This document shows positions 36,770 through 45,842 of a stretch of 64,000 nucleotides of DNA, piece by piece. The notes beneath the pieces were generated by a model. That model had not been told where the DNA came from. It saw only the letters and a program-made list of their open reading frames with translations, and searched no databases. The stretch covers positions 1 to 64,000 of IMG/VR virus record IMGVR_UViG_3300035212_003113, one strand, 5' to 3'. The number at the start of each line of letters is the position of its first letter. The first letter of the stretch is position 1. The translations under genes and the position numbers were made by a program.

Positions 36770-37030
36770 ATGGCGAGCAAACATTTCGTAATCTTTGATC
36801 GTCAACTGACGCGCAACAAGTCGTTTGAATTGCAGCTGTCATACTTTTCTCTTTCCAGTAGTCTGTTTGAGGCACGCCTGAAGTGGACTGTGCGCACACA
36901 TCACGCTGGGCCAGAGTTTCGCCTAGAGATACTTGGCTTTTATTTTGGCTTCGGCATCTATGATCATCGTCATTGGGATCATGATGCGAATGACTGGGCA
37001 AAGCCTGTTGCCGAAAAGGATGCAGCTTGA
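36770..37030 (+). CDS. hypothetical protein
   Basis: GAGG SD. Confidence 0.65.
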   Translation: MASKHFVIFDRQLTRNKSFELQLSYFSLSSSLFEARLKWTVRTHHAGPEFRLEILGFYFGFGIYDHRHWDHDANDWAKPVAEKDAA

Positions 37031-37245
37031 AAACATTAAATATCTCCAGCCGCAACTTAATTGCCCGCTTTCGTGATGCCTTTGATAATCTAGCTGAATG
37101 CGACGAGGACCTCATGGTCTTTCGCGCAACCTTCACAGAAGAAGAGTGGCGCCGATTTGTTAACCATGCTGCCGGGTTCATTACCTCATCTCTTTGGCTT
37201 TCAGAGGAAAGGCTGAATGCCGACGGCATAAAAGATGAAAATTAA
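37027..37245 (+). CDS. hypothetical protein
   Basis: TTGA overlap. Confidence 0.55.
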   Translation: MKTLNISSRNLIARFRDAFDNLAECDEDLMVFRATFTEEEWRRFVNHAAGFITSSLWLSEERLNADGIKDEN

Positions 37246-37639
37246 AGACTGGTTTGCACGCGAAGATATCTTCAAGGTAAATGCCGCAATCTCACATACC
37301 GAGGACCGCTGGCCGAATCTAGACCGGGTAATGGCGGCTCTAGAAAGCTTTCCTAGAACATCTGTATCCAAATCGGGCGCGTCTATTTTCATGGGATGGC
37401 GAAGCCTTTCGCATGAGTGGATATATCATCATGGCGTTTGCATTACGGATAGTCGCAATGGTAAAGGCCGTTATGGCTTTCATGATTGCAGCATAGAGGA
37501 TATCCCTCGACTACGGCTTGTGCCAGTCTACAATGTAGGTGACATTCCAGAGTCGGCTGCATTTCTTGATGTGCTAGAGTCAGCCGGAATAAAGCGAGTA
37601 GATATTGGTTGCGTAATGGTAAACCCTAAGATAAAATAA
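37235..37639 (+). CDS. hypothetical protein (MKI start)
   Basis: 11-nt overlap. Confidence 0.65.
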   Translation: MKIKDWFAREDIFKVNAAISHTEDRWPNLDRVMAALESFPRTSVSKSGASIFMGWRSLSHEWIYHHGVCITDSRNGKGRYGFHDCSIEDIPRLRLVPVYNVGDIPESAAFLDVLESAGIKRVDIGCVMVNPKIK

Positions 37640-37721
37640 AAACAGGAGTGCGGATGTGGTGGATTGCAGTTGCACTAGTTGGGATTGAGATAGTTATAGC
37701 CATGTTGTTTCCGAGGCAGCA

Positions 37722-38033
37722 ATGAAGCCCTTGCCGTGTCATTATTGTGGCAACCGCGATGTACAATACATTGAAGTTCAGCCGGACTATGAATTTAGCT
37801 TCGGGCCCGGTGGCTTTTCAGAGTTCCATATTACCTGTACACAGTGTGGTCTACGGGGCGGGTCTGCTTCGCTGCGAGACGTTCCAAGACCACGCGTAAC
37901 CAGCAAGTACAGGGTTAATACTTGGATGGGTACGTTTCCTGTAGAAGACTATGAACCGCAGGATACTGACGCAGAAATCCGGCGGATTGCTATTGAGAAA
38001 TGGAATGCGATGCCTGCCCGCTATGGCAGGTGA
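37722..38033 (+). CDS. Lar-like (restriction alleviation) zinc protein
   Basis: PCHYCG...ITCTQCG...AIEKWN pattern of the Lar family. Confidence 0.6.
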   Translation: MKPLPCHYCGNRDVQYIEVQPDYEFSFGPGGFSEFHITCTQCGLRGGSASLRDVPRPRVTSKYRVNTWMGTFPVEDYEPQDTDAEIRRIAIEKWNAMPARYGR

Positions 38034-38041
38034 AGCCGCCC

Positions 38042-38067
38042 CTAAAGCCCGCCCCCGCCGATCCTGC
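38042..38067 (+). promoter_or_regulatory. motif copy 11
   Basis: CTAAA gcccgcccccgcc GATCCTGC tgac CGA. Confidence 0.6.
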
Positions 38068-38140
38068 TGACCGAGCCCCGCAGCATCGCGGCGCTGTCCG
38101 TAAACAAGTAAACGCAAAAGCTAGCAAAGGATACTTCTTC

Positions 38141-38323
38141 TTGGCCAAGGTTAATTTTCTCGAGCTTGATGACGACGGTTTCTTTCCCCAGGATCGCCCC
38201 CGCTTCCGGGTGAAGGCGCCCAAGCGCAATATGCCGTGTACCTGCTGTGGTACGCCAAACCGCCTGACTGATGCCGAGTACACTACGGGCATCTCTTGTG
38301 AAGAGTGCGAGGAAGATGGATGA
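38141..38323 (+). CDS. small zinc-ribbon-like protein (start uncertain)
   Basis: RNMPCTCCGTPNRLT...CEEC; paralog of 3019. Confidence 0.6.
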   Translation: MAKVNFLELDDDGFFPQDRPRFRVKAPKRNMPCTCCGTPNRLTDAEYTTGISCEECEEDG

Positions 38324-38526
38324 GACCTCTCTCTGATCGCCTGAGCTACTGTGAGCCCGGTGAAGACGGCAGCGGCATTACCGTTACGGTAACTGTTGCA
38401 GAAGCAATTGAGCGACAGCGTGCGGCCTTGGCTGCCTCCAAGGTGGCTCGTCCTGGCTTTCAGTATGAGAGTGATGAGCAAGCTCTGGAAGATTTTATTA
38501 CCATTCATTGGGCATGGTGGGAGTGA
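38320..38526 (+). CDS. hypothetical protein
   Basis: ATGA overlap. Confidence 0.65.
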   Translation: MRPLSDRLSYCEPGEDGSGITVTVTVAEAIERQRAALAASKVARPGFQYESDEQALEDFITIHWAWWE

Positions 38527-38528
38527 TT

Positions 38529-38696
38529 ATGCGAATACTGGTAGGTGCTGCGTTGTTGCTTAGCGGCTGCGTTGATGAGCAGCAGGCAGCTGCCTGCTCT
38601 GCCGCTTGCGCTCCCTATCTCGTTTTGTCTAGCGACTATCAAGGCAAGTGCCTGTGTGATATGCGCTGCAAGCAGGTTGAGTCCGGAAGCAAATGA
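38529..38696 (+). CDS. small Cys-rich lipoprotein-like protein
   Basis: MRILVGAALLLSGC lipobox-like. Confidence 0.55.
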   Translation: MRILVGAALLLSGCVDEQQAAACSAACAPYLVLSSDYQGKCLCDMRCKQVESGSK

Positions 38697-38908
38697 AGTT
38701 ATATCGATATTATATAACTGGCATTTCATCTCCTGGTGGCAAGAAAGGCCTAAGCACAATTCCCTTTGACGAACTTTGCAGCTGCATTCGTATGCTGGCT
38801 AGCAAGCACGATCCCGAGCAGCTCCTGCGAGACGCCGGCAATCTGCTGCCTGGCCAGTATATGTATGCGCAGAACGTCGGCTGGATAATCTGCCTTTCTA
38901 TTTGCTAG
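38693..38908 (+). CDS. hypothetical protein (MKL start)
   Basis: ATGA overlap. Confidence 0.6.
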   Translation: MKLYRYYITGISSPGGKKGLSTIPFDELCSCIRMLASKHDPEQLLRDAGNLLPGQYMYAQNVGWIICLSIC

Positions 38909-38914
38909 GGATAT

Positions 38915-39202
38915 ATGAAGCTCGATCACGCGGAAATGAGCATTGCAATTGCTGCTTCTGACTGGGAGGCGGTTAAGCGATTGATGCTCAAGTACTCTGG
39001 CATGAAGCATTTGTCTCACACTAAAACATTTCCAGATATTATATGGGATGACAATGATAATCGTGCAATCGTCTGCGCGTCTGATTGGCAGAGGGTTGTG
39101 CGCTGGAGTAGTGATCACGGCTTTATTAGCACAGGCTATGCGTGGACTTATACTGCGTTTCAAATCCGCATCGGCAAGAAGTGGTGGGATACAAACGCAT
39201 GA
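38915..39202 (+). CDS. family A paralog
   Basis: MKLDHAEM...SDW...RW...GF. Confidence 0.8.
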   Translation: MKLDHAEMSIAIAASDWEAVKRLMLKYSGMKHLSHTKTFPDIIWDDNDNRAIVCASDWQRVVRWSSDHGFISTGYAWTYTAFQIRIGKKWWDTNA

Positions 39203-39498
39203 AGCTAGATGAGGCCGAGATCCGACTTGCACTGGATGCGAGAGATATTCGCGCTGCCGCAGGCGTTATCCTGCGACACTTCTCTATAGATGCCGACTTG
39301 CGTCGCTATGTCATCTCGAGCAAGGAAGGTGTCGGAATAAGCATGATGCCTAGCGAGCCAGTGCTGGCGATCTATTTTTTAGAAGGCGGCTTTGCGCTGT
39401 GGTCCGCCGATGATGGCTTTGTGCGGGATGAAACCAAATACACCTACATGTTCAAAGGCCATATAAGGCTAGAGGAGAGCTATGGCGACAATGTCTAG
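39199..39498 (+). CDS. family A paralog
   Basis: MKLDEAEI...RHF...LW...GF. Confidence 0.8.
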   Translation: MKLDEAEIRLALDARDIRAAAGVILRHFSIDADLRRYVISSKEGVGISMMPSEPVLAIYFLEGGFALWSADDGFVRDETKYTYMFKGHIRLEESYGDNV

Positions 39499-39763
39499 CG
39501 CTGAGACGCGCCCGCGCTTCTCTCACGACTGCGACCGGTGTTGCTTCACGGGCCATTACACTGCAGAAGGCAGGGAAGTAGATGGCTGGTTTTGCGCAGG
39601 CGCTGTTCTAGGTGGATCTATTATTTTGCGGTACGGGGATGACCCGCCTGACTATAGCAGTATCCCTCTTGTCGTAGCAATGAATTGTATTGATGATCAC
39701 CTAGATTCATACCGCCGCGTTCTAGCTGATTATAATAAGATGAGGCAGACGCCCCGGCCCTAA
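39491..39763 (+). CDS. hypothetical protein
   Basis: PRFSHDCDRC; stop is the TAA of motif copy 12. Confidence 0.65.
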   Translation: MSSAETRPRFSHDCDRCCFTGHYTAEGREVDGWFCAGAVLGGSIILRYGDDPPDYSSIPLVVAMNCIDDHLDSYRRVLADYNKMRQTPRP

Positions 39764-39785
39764 AGCCGGGGACCGCCGATCCTGA
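39760..39785 (+). promoter_or_regulatory. motif copy 12
   Basis: CTAAA gccggggaccgcc GATCCTGA aggc CGA. Confidence 0.65.
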
Positions 39786-39812
39786 AGGCCGAACCCCCGA
39801 CCCGGAGACGCA

Positions 39813-39980
39813 ATGAAGCGCAGTATTACTCTAGTTATTGATTTCGAGCTTGATGTAGATGACGAGCACGAGTCACAGGCCATCAAGGATGCTATGGTTG
39901 ATTTCTACACTGATCAGGCATCGCTCACTGCTTATGATTCGCCAGTAACAGACTTCAATGTAACGGCAACTATTAACTAA
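39813..39980 (+). CDS. small acidic hypothetical protein (55 aa, not in ORF track)
   Basis: GGAG SD after motif; MKRSITLVIDFELD. Confidence 0.55.
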   Translation: MKRSITLVIDFELDVDDEHESQAIKDAMVDFYTDQASLTAYDSPVTDFNVTATIN

Positions 39981-40138
39981 AAGGATTGCCATGCTCACAG
40001 CAATGCTTGCCATTCTTCTGCACGCATTTAGCCCCGTCCTTGCGAATGCTCTGCGTGTAAGGGAACCGCATATCGTTTGCTATCAGATTGGCGATAATCA
40101 GTACAGCTGTGATGCTTACTGGGAATAAAGGAAATAGC

Positions 40139-40402
40139 ATGGCAAAATATACAGCAAGTCGTATTCGAGATATTTCTGGACTCGGTACAAAAATCCTTTG
40201 GGAGCTGTGCCCGCCCCTTGATGGCAGCGCTTATGTCATCACATCGGCAGTAGTTGTGCCGTTCACTGGTCCAGAGACATACGTATTCCCTGCTACGCCT
40301 ACTGGAGAGATTGTAAGCTGGGAAGAGCTGAAGGGCTCGTACCGAGGCGGACTCTCAGCGGAAGAAGCTATTATAGGTGCTGGCTACAAGCCAGTAGAAT
40401 AA
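40139..40402 (+). CDS. hypothetical protein
   Basis: AAGGA SD. Confidence 0.7.
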   Translation: MAKYTASRIRDISGLGTKILWELCPPLDGSAYVITSAVVVPFTGPETYVFPATPTGEIVSWEELKGSYRGGLSAEEAIIGAGYKPVE

Positions 40403-40413
40403 CGGAGAACGCA

Positions 40414-40602
40414 ATGGAAGGCACTGCCGACAAGCAACTGGAAGCAGCAAATAAAAAGATTGAGCTGTTGGAAAGCCAAGTGGATAGACTGAAGGAAGTA
40501 ATTCTTCAGATCGCATGGGAGCTGGATATGCGAACAAAGCATACCTATATCACGAAGAAGGAAGAGGAATTTCTTCAGAAGCGCAATCGTCCTAGCAAGT
40601 GA
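40414..40602 (+). CDS. small coiled-coil protein
   Basis: GGAG SD. Confidence 0.55.
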   Translation: MEGTADKQLEAANKKIELLESQVDRLKEVILQIAWELDMRTKHTYITKKEEEFLQKRNRPSK

Positions 40603-40635
40603 TTCATCAGTCTAAGCGGACACGGCGCGTCGGCC

Positions 40636-40661
40636 CTAAACCCCGCACCGCCCGATCCCGA
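40636..40661 (+). promoter_or_regulatory. motif copy 13 (variant)
   Basis: CTAAA ccccgcaccgccc GATCCCGA. Confidence 0.6.
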
Positions 40662-40707
40662 ACGGCGGCGACCCCGCCACGCAGAATACCTAACCAGGAG
40701 CATAGTA

Positions 40708-41139
40708 ATGGTTCAGAGCATTGGTGGTCTTTCTCCTATTGAACTCGTTGCCCTCTCGCGTCTCAAGGCTGACGACGCACGGGATGCCGTGTCGCCAGGC
40801 AATCATGTTGTCGACTTCACTGTCCGAGTTCAGGGTGCCGTGAAGATCGGCGAAGATACCGAGAAGGCACCTACCGCCCGCCTTCCTCATCTTGCGGTCA
40901 TGGCACTCTTTATCCAGCGTATGGGCTTCCAGCGTGAGGCAGCGACGTCCGTGCTGCTTAGTTGTATGCATGATGCAATCGCCATGGACAAGAATGCTCG
41001 CGATACGCTGCTGGAAAATTTTCCAGAGATTGCTACTTGCGAGGAGAGCCTGCGCACTATGATGGCCAGCCTTCCTCCTATCCGTGAGCGTGGCCATGTC
41101 ACGGTCAAGCTGGCCGTGCAGCAGGTTGATCCTGCATGA
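40708..41139 (+). CDS. hypothetical protein
   Basis: AGGAG SD after motif. Confidence 0.8.
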   Translation: MVQSIGGLSPIELVALSRLKADDARDAVSPGNHVVDFTVRVQGAVKIGEDTEKAPTARLPHLAVMALFIQRMGFQREAATSVLLSCMHDAIAMDKNARDTLLENFPEIATCEESLRTMMASLPPIRERGHVTVKLAVQQVDPA

Positions 41140-41438
41140 GATATATGGATACGAAGTTCTGCGAGGCGTGCGATCAGGACTATGATTGGGCTGCGCCCGA
41201 ATGTCCTGGTTGCGCTTCTCGCAGGGCTTGGGAAGAGCAAGCGGTCAAACTGCGAGCGCTGCGAAAGGCCGCGCTCAGCGCTCTATCTGAGCTTGCCATC
41301 TTGCCAAGCTACCTTGATGCGCCAGATACCGACTGGCCTAATCTTGGATTAAAGGTGCTTGCCAAAGGTCATCGCAAAGCTCATGCCGAACTTGCAGAGG
41401 CGCTAGCTGCGTTCGATGCCCCGGCTGATAAGGAGTAG
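41136..41438 (+). CDS. hypothetical protein
   Basis: ATGA overlap. Confidence 0.6.
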   Translation: MRYMDTKFCEACDQDYDWAAPECPGCASRRAWEEQAVKLRALRKAALSALSELAILPSYLDAPDTDWPNLGLKVLAKGHRKAHAELAEALAAFDAPADKE

Positions 41439-41439
41439 C

Positions 41440-41772
41440 ATGGGAAAATTTACTCCGGGCCCATGGCAAGTGCACACCGACAAGGCAGAAGACGGCACGC
41501 CTTATATCCAAGTCTATCAGCGCCATCCCGATGGTTTTCATATAACCATCTGTACAATGGGCTGTAGCGACGGTGAAGCCTGGGGCGGTTATGTCGGCGA
41601 GGAAGAAGACGCTCGCCTTATTGCTGCCGCCCCTGCTCTGCTGCGAGCATGCAAGTCTACCCTGAGCGATCTAGAGGATCGCATTTTGGATGTGGATTCT
41701 CCCGGCACGCGACAAACCATGCAGGCAGAAATAAATTATCTTCGGCGAGTAATTGCTGAGGCAGAGGGCTAG
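41440..41772 (+). CDS. phage-type hypothetical protein
   Basis: FTPGPW...ARLIAAAPALL pattern common in phages. Confidence 0.75.
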   Translation: MGKFTPGPWQVHTDKAEDGTPYIQVYQRHPDGFHITICTMGCSDGEAWGGYVGEEEDARLIAAAPALLRACKSTLSDLEDRILDVDSPGTRQTMQAEINYLRRVIAEAEG

Positions 41773-41775
41773 CGC

Positions 41776-42057
41776 TTGAAGCTTGAATCCTACTTGATGC
41801 GCGAGGCTTTCCGGCAGAGCAATTGGGATTCTGCGACGCGCATGTTATGCCGAGCTGTTGGGCTTTCTGAGGAGGCGGTCTTAGGTATAATTAAGAAGCC
41901 GTTCGTAGATGATGCCCGAGGGCCAGACGAGAGCATATCCATAATCATTGGTGGAACCTATGCCTACTGGGATTCTTCCGAAGGCTTTGGACTTATATCT
42001 TTTCAGAAAAACGTACAGGGCCCCTCGATAAGGATATATAGGCGTGAAGCTGATTAA
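41776..42057 (+). CDS. family A paralog
   Basis: MKLESYLMREAF..SNW...YW...GF. Confidence 0.8.
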   Translation: MKLESYLMREAFRQSNWDSATRMLCRAVGLSEEAVLGIIKKPFVDDARGPDESISIIIGGTYAYWDSSEGFGLISFQKNVQGPSIRIYRREAD

Positions 42058-42337
42058 CGCAGAAATGATTATTGCAATCGGCGCAGAAGACTGGCATCGC
42101 GCATACGGCATCATGTGCCGGCATTTCCGCACAGAAGAGCAAATCGACCCGCGCATATATGTTAATGAGTCTTTTGCAAATGATCCGCATGTTGTACTAT
42201 TTCAGAACAACATGTCGTACAAGTGGTATCGCGGCATTGGTTTTCTTGAAGATGCGTATCATGCCCCAGAGAGAAGCGCCTCGATGTACATCAGAGTGCC
42301 GCGTAAAAAGCTGTGCACAGCGGGAGGTTGCAATTGA
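42044..42337 (+). CDS. family A paralog
   Basis: MKLINAEM...EDW...RHF...YKW...GF. Confidence 0.8.
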   Translation: MKLINAEMIIAIGAEDWHRAYGIMCRHFRTEEQIDPRIYVNESFANDPHVVLFQNNMSYKWYRGIGFLEDAYHAPERSASMYIRVPRKKLCTAGGCN

Positions 42338-42549
42338 AGAGTCGGGAAGAAATCATTTTTAGTATGTGCATGACCACAGATCATTCTTTTGGCCTAGTGG
42401 CCGATGATCCAGGTCAGTTCGGCACCCTGTCGCCGGCTGAGCGCCGTGCCATTTGGGATAATATGTCGCAGCTATATGATCATCATGTCGCGCCTCTCGT
42501 TGCAGAGATCGATACGCTGCGAGCAAGCATTGGTCGCAATGATGCCTGA
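42334..42549 (+). CDS. hypothetical protein (start uncertain)
   Basis: TTGA overlap. Confidence 0.55.
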   Translation: MKSREEIIFSMCMTTDHSFGLVADDPGQFGTLSPAERRAIWDNMSQLYDHHVAPLVAEIDTLRASIGRNDA

Positions 42550-42597
42550 ATAGTCTGAATTCATCAGGCACCGGCCAGCTGCTAGGCGGCGCCGGGC

Positions 42598-42623
42598 CTA
42601 AAGCCGGGCCGGGCCGATCCTGA
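42598..42623 (+). promoter_or_regulatory. motif copy 14
   Basis: CTAAA gccgggccgggcc GATCCTGA gcgg CGA. Confidence 0.65.
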
Positions 42624-42644
42624 GCGGCGACCGGCGGCCACCAC

Positions 42645-42737
42645 GGAGAACGCAGCGAGGCTGCTATACTGGGTCGTACCCAGCGTTCTCCTCTACGGCT
42701 TGCACCGGGTCGGAAGTGCAAGTCTCTTAACCCGACC
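42645..42737 (+). ncRNA. structured 5' leader candidate (three-way junction plus pseudoknot)
   Basis: GGAGAAC/GTTCTCC, GCAGC/GCTGC, CTGGGT/ACCCAG, CTTGCAC/GTGCAAG, GGTCGG/CCGACC. Confidence 0.45.
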
Positions 42738-42775
42738 GTCTATGACGCAGAGTAACACTAACCAAGGATAGTCAG

Positions 42776-43939
42776 ATGGATATCTCGCAGCTTGTTGATT
42801 TCGACGCACTTCTCCCGAACACCCAGGCCCGCCTGCTTACTGGCGACGCTGGTCTCGGCAAGTCGAGTATTGTGCGAATGATCGCTCAGAAGCGCGGCAT
42901 GCGGGTTGTCGACCTCCGTCTCTCGGAGCTTGAGCCCGCCGATCTTGTCGGTATGCCTTTCGTCGATAAGCTGGCGGACGGCACTGCTGTTACCCGCTAC
43001 GCTGCCCCGACGTGGTGGTACGATCTCGAGAACGCTGTTCTCTTCCTCGACGAGATCGACCGTGCTCGCGAGGACATGCAGCCTCTCGCCATGCAGCTGA
43101 CTCTCGACCGTCGTGCCGGTGGTCGCAACCTTCCCGACAGCACCATCGTGTTCGCTGCCGGTAACGGTCTGAAGTACCAGACTGCCACGCTTGACCAGGC
43201 GCTCTGCAATCGTTTTGCGATTGTCGACTTTACTCCGACCGCTTCGGAGTGGGTCAGCTGGGCCAGCGATCCTGCCAACGGCGTTCACTCTGCCGTTGTT
43301 CAGTTCATCACGCAACACAAGAATCTTCTGGATATTCCAGAGGGTAAGCGCGGCGTGCCGAACGAGCCTGTTACGAGCCGTCGTAGCTGGACGTTCCTCG
43401 GTCGTACCCTCATGAATCGCGAGGATACCCGCGAGTCGCTGCCAGAGGTTGCTGGTCGTGATAACCGTCTGATGGTTTACTCCGCGCCATTCATCGGCGA
43501 GGTTGCAGCCAACACGTTCTCTAGCTGGGTTCGTGATAACTTCAAGCCGCTGGATATCATGGATATCTTCAACGGCAAGCTGAAGAGCCCCAAGGGCTTC
43601 CAGCTGACGCAGGTTATCCAGGCTCTGCGCGATGTCATGGAGGTGATGAACCGCGATGACATCAAGGACGAGCAGCGTATCAATGCTGCCCTGTTCTACA
43701 GCCGCATGGGTCACGAGCCATTCTCGGCCTTCTTCGAGGCGCTTGATGATCGCCACGGTGATATCATCAACAAGAGCGCCGACCTGAAGGCTGCCGTCCG
43801 TGCCCTGCTTGATGCGAAGGCTAAGATCTACGCCAAGCCAGAGGCTGCTGCCGCTGATGCGACCGCTGCTACGGCCGACGCGACTACGGCTGACGCTAGC
43901 GATGCGGCCAAGAAGGGTCGCAAGAAGAAGAGCGTCTGA
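42776..43939 (+). CDS. MoxR-like AAA+ ATPase
   Basis: GDAGLGKS Walker A, VLFLDE Walker B, AAGN, adjacent vWA gene. Confidence 0.85.
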   Translation: MDISQLVDFDALLPNTQARLLTGDAGLGKSSIVRMIAQKRGMRVVDLRLSELEPADLVGMPFVDKLADGTAVTRYAAPTWWYDLENAVLFLDEIDRAREDMQPLAMQLTLDRRAGGRNLPDSTIVFAAGNGLKYQTATLDQALCNRFAIVDFTPTASEWVSWASDPANGVHSAVVQFITQHKNLLDIPEGKRGVPNEPVTSRRSWTFLGRTLMNREDTRESLPEVAGRDNRLMVYSAPFIGEVAANTFSSWVRDNFKPLDIMDIFNGKLKSPKGFQLTQVIQALRDVMEVMNRDDIKDEQRINAALFYSRMGHEPFSAFFEALDDRHGDIINKSADLKAAVRALLDAKAKIYAKPEAAAADATAATADATTADASDAAKKGRKKKSV

Positions 43940-43962
43940 TCTAATTGGTACCAGGCATATAC

Positions 43963-43990
43963 TGAATACCGGTCAGGTCGCCGGTATTCA
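43963..43990 (+). other. intercistronic hairpin
   Basis: TGAATACCGG/CCGGTATTCA 10-bp stem. Confidence 0.55.
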
Positions 43991-44020
43991 GATTTACTAA
44001 ACCCTTAACCAAGGAAGATT

Positions 44021-45187
44021 ATGACCTCGCTACTTAATCTCAAGTCACTCTCTACCGGCGAAATTGTAGAGATGACTGACCAAGAGCCGTTCATCGCTTA
44101 CTTCTTTCACCAGTCTTCAATTATCGAAGACGAAGAAATGAAGTTTGCTGCCGGCGTCTTTGTCAAGCACGGCAAGCCAACGCTGCTCATGAACCCGAAG
44201 ATGATGAACTCATTCTCGGTCCGTGAAAAGATTGGCGTTATCGTGCACGAGTATCTGCACGTGGCACTGAGCCACTGCACTACTCGTCTTACCATGGAGC
44301 CTGATCGCCGCAGGACGGAGAACATTGCCAAGGACATGGCAATCAATCAGCTCATCACAGATCCCCAGCATGGCAACTGGGATCTGCCCGAGGGTTGTAT
44401 CTCCCATACCGATCCGCGCTTCAACTTCCCTGCCGGTCTTTCTGCGGAAGAGTATTATGCTCTGATGAAGCAGAAGTTCACCGAGCAGGAGGTCGCCGAT
44501 CAGTTCGGCGATGGCATGGACGATCACTCCGGTTGGTCGGAGGAAGATGACACCACAGGCACGCGAGTTGTGAAGGAAATGGCTCGCCGCTACCTGATGG
44601 GTCGTAACGCTGACCGTGGCCGCACGCTTAAGGCCGGTAGCATGGCCGATTCAATGATTGAAGAAATTCTTTCGGTTGAATCGCATGATATCGACTGGCG
44701 AGCCAAGGCCCGCATGTGGATGGCTCGTATCGCAGACCCTAAGCGCCGCCTCACTTGGAAGCGCTTCAGCAAGCGGTACGGGTTCCCGTTCCAGGGCGAG
44801 AAGACAACTGTCAAGAATAAGATTCTTGCTATTGTCGATACCTCTGGCTCGATGAGCGATTCATATCTCGCTCACATCGGCGGTCAGCTTAACCTGATGA
44901 CGCGCATCATGCAAATTGATGTCGTCTTCTGCGATGCAGATGTTCACGGGAAGATTAAGAAGTTTCGCCCCTCGGCGCAGCTTGCCTTCCCTGGTCGTGG
45001 CGGCACGGACATGCAGCCCGGCTTTGATCTTGCTATCGCAGATGGTTATCGTGGCGTGGTATGCTTTACTGACGGCTACCTGTACCGCGAACCGACCTGT
45101 CCGATTACTACGCTCTGGGTTGTCGTAAACAACGATGGCTTCAAGGCGCCCTTTGGTGATGTTGTCAATGTGAAGTGGAAGGATTGA
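44021..45187 (+). CDS. metallopeptidase-like (HExxH) plus vWA-domain protein (DUF2201-type)
   Basis: HEYLH; DTSGSMS MIDAS, GGTD, FTDG. Confidence 0.85.
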   Translation: MTSLLNLKSLSTGEIVEMTDQEPFIAYFFHQSSIIEDEEMKFAAGVFVKHGKPTLLMNPKMMNSFSVREKIGVIVHEYLHVALSHCTTRLTMEPDRRRTENIAKDMAINQLITDPQHGNWDLPEGCISHTDPRFNFPAGLSAEEYYALMKQKFTEQEVADQFGDGMDDHSGWSEEDDTTGTRVVKEMARRYLMGRNADRGRTLKAGSMADSMIEEILSVESHDIDWRAKARMWMARIADPKRRLTWKRFSKRYGFPFQGEKTTVKNKILAIVDTSGSMSDSYLAHIGGQLNLMTRIMQIDVVFCDADVHGKIKKFRPSAQLAFPGRGGTDMQPGFDLAIADGYRGVVCFTDGYLYREPTCPITTLWVVVNNDGFKAPFGDVVNVKWKD

Positions 45188-45189
45188 AT

Positions 45190-45432
45190 ATGACTCTCTA
45201 TGGTATCATTCGTGAAATGCTCGCTCGTGGTGAACTGACAACAGCGCCAACCTACCATGCCCAAATGGGCAGCGGAGAGGCGCTTGTTTATAACGGCCAG
45301 CCCGTTCGGGTATTTACTGAAGTCAATACGCTGCGCGGCCTCGTGCCGCCTGAGAAGGTGATTGACTTTGATCGGCTTACTGATGTGCTCTGTGATCACG
45401 ACTTTAATGTGATTACGCACGCAGTCAGCTGA
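45190..45432 (+). CDS. hypothetical protein
   Basis: follows vWA gene, precedes terminator. Confidence 0.6.
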   Translation: MTLYGIIREMLARGELTTAPTYHAQMGSGEALVYNGQPVRVFTEVNTLRGLVPPEKVIDFDRLTDVLCDHDFNVITHAVS

Positions 45433-45439
45433 TCCTCGC

Positions 45440-45475
45440 GGGGAGGGCGGGTTGCTCCGCCCTCCCCTTTTTTAT
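45440..45475 (+). terminator. intrinsic terminator
   Basis: GGGAGGGCGG...CCGCCCTCCC then T run. Confidence 0.75.
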
Positions 45476-45488
45476 ATTAGGAGCCCGG

Positions 45489-45842
45489 ATGAAGCTATTA
45501 GATCAGGTTTTTAAAGTATATCCGCCAGCTGACTGGGCTGAACATTTGCCGCTACCGATGCCGCCATTATGGAGGGAAGCGACCGAAGACATTGCTACTG
45601 ACGAGATAGAAGTAGTCAACTGGAATTGCGGCTACCTGATGGTTGCCAAGTATTCGGCAGAAGATGCCGAGGAGCCATTTGTAAGCTACCGGGAGGCTAG
45701 CCCGCCTACGTCAGTAAGGATAACCTTTAAAGAGAATGTGCCCTGCGCTACTAAAAAGATTTTCAGCGAGAGCTTCTCTGGACGCACCATGCCTCACTCT
45801 TGTGGCTGCTGCATCACTCTATTTTACCCAGGAACAAAATGA
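45489..45842 (+). CDS. hypothetical protein (MKL start)
   Basis: AGGAG SD. Confidence 0.65.
   Translation: MKLLDQVFKVYPPADWAEHLPLPMPPLWREATEDIATDEIEVVNWNCGYLMVAKYSAEDAEEPFVSYREASPPTSVRITFKENVPCATKKIFSESFSGRTMPHSCGCCITLFYPGTK

Noticed and set aside
42758-43756. 332-aa antisense ORF
   Set aside because: Mirror of the codon-biased AAA+ gene, which carries all the recognisable motifs.
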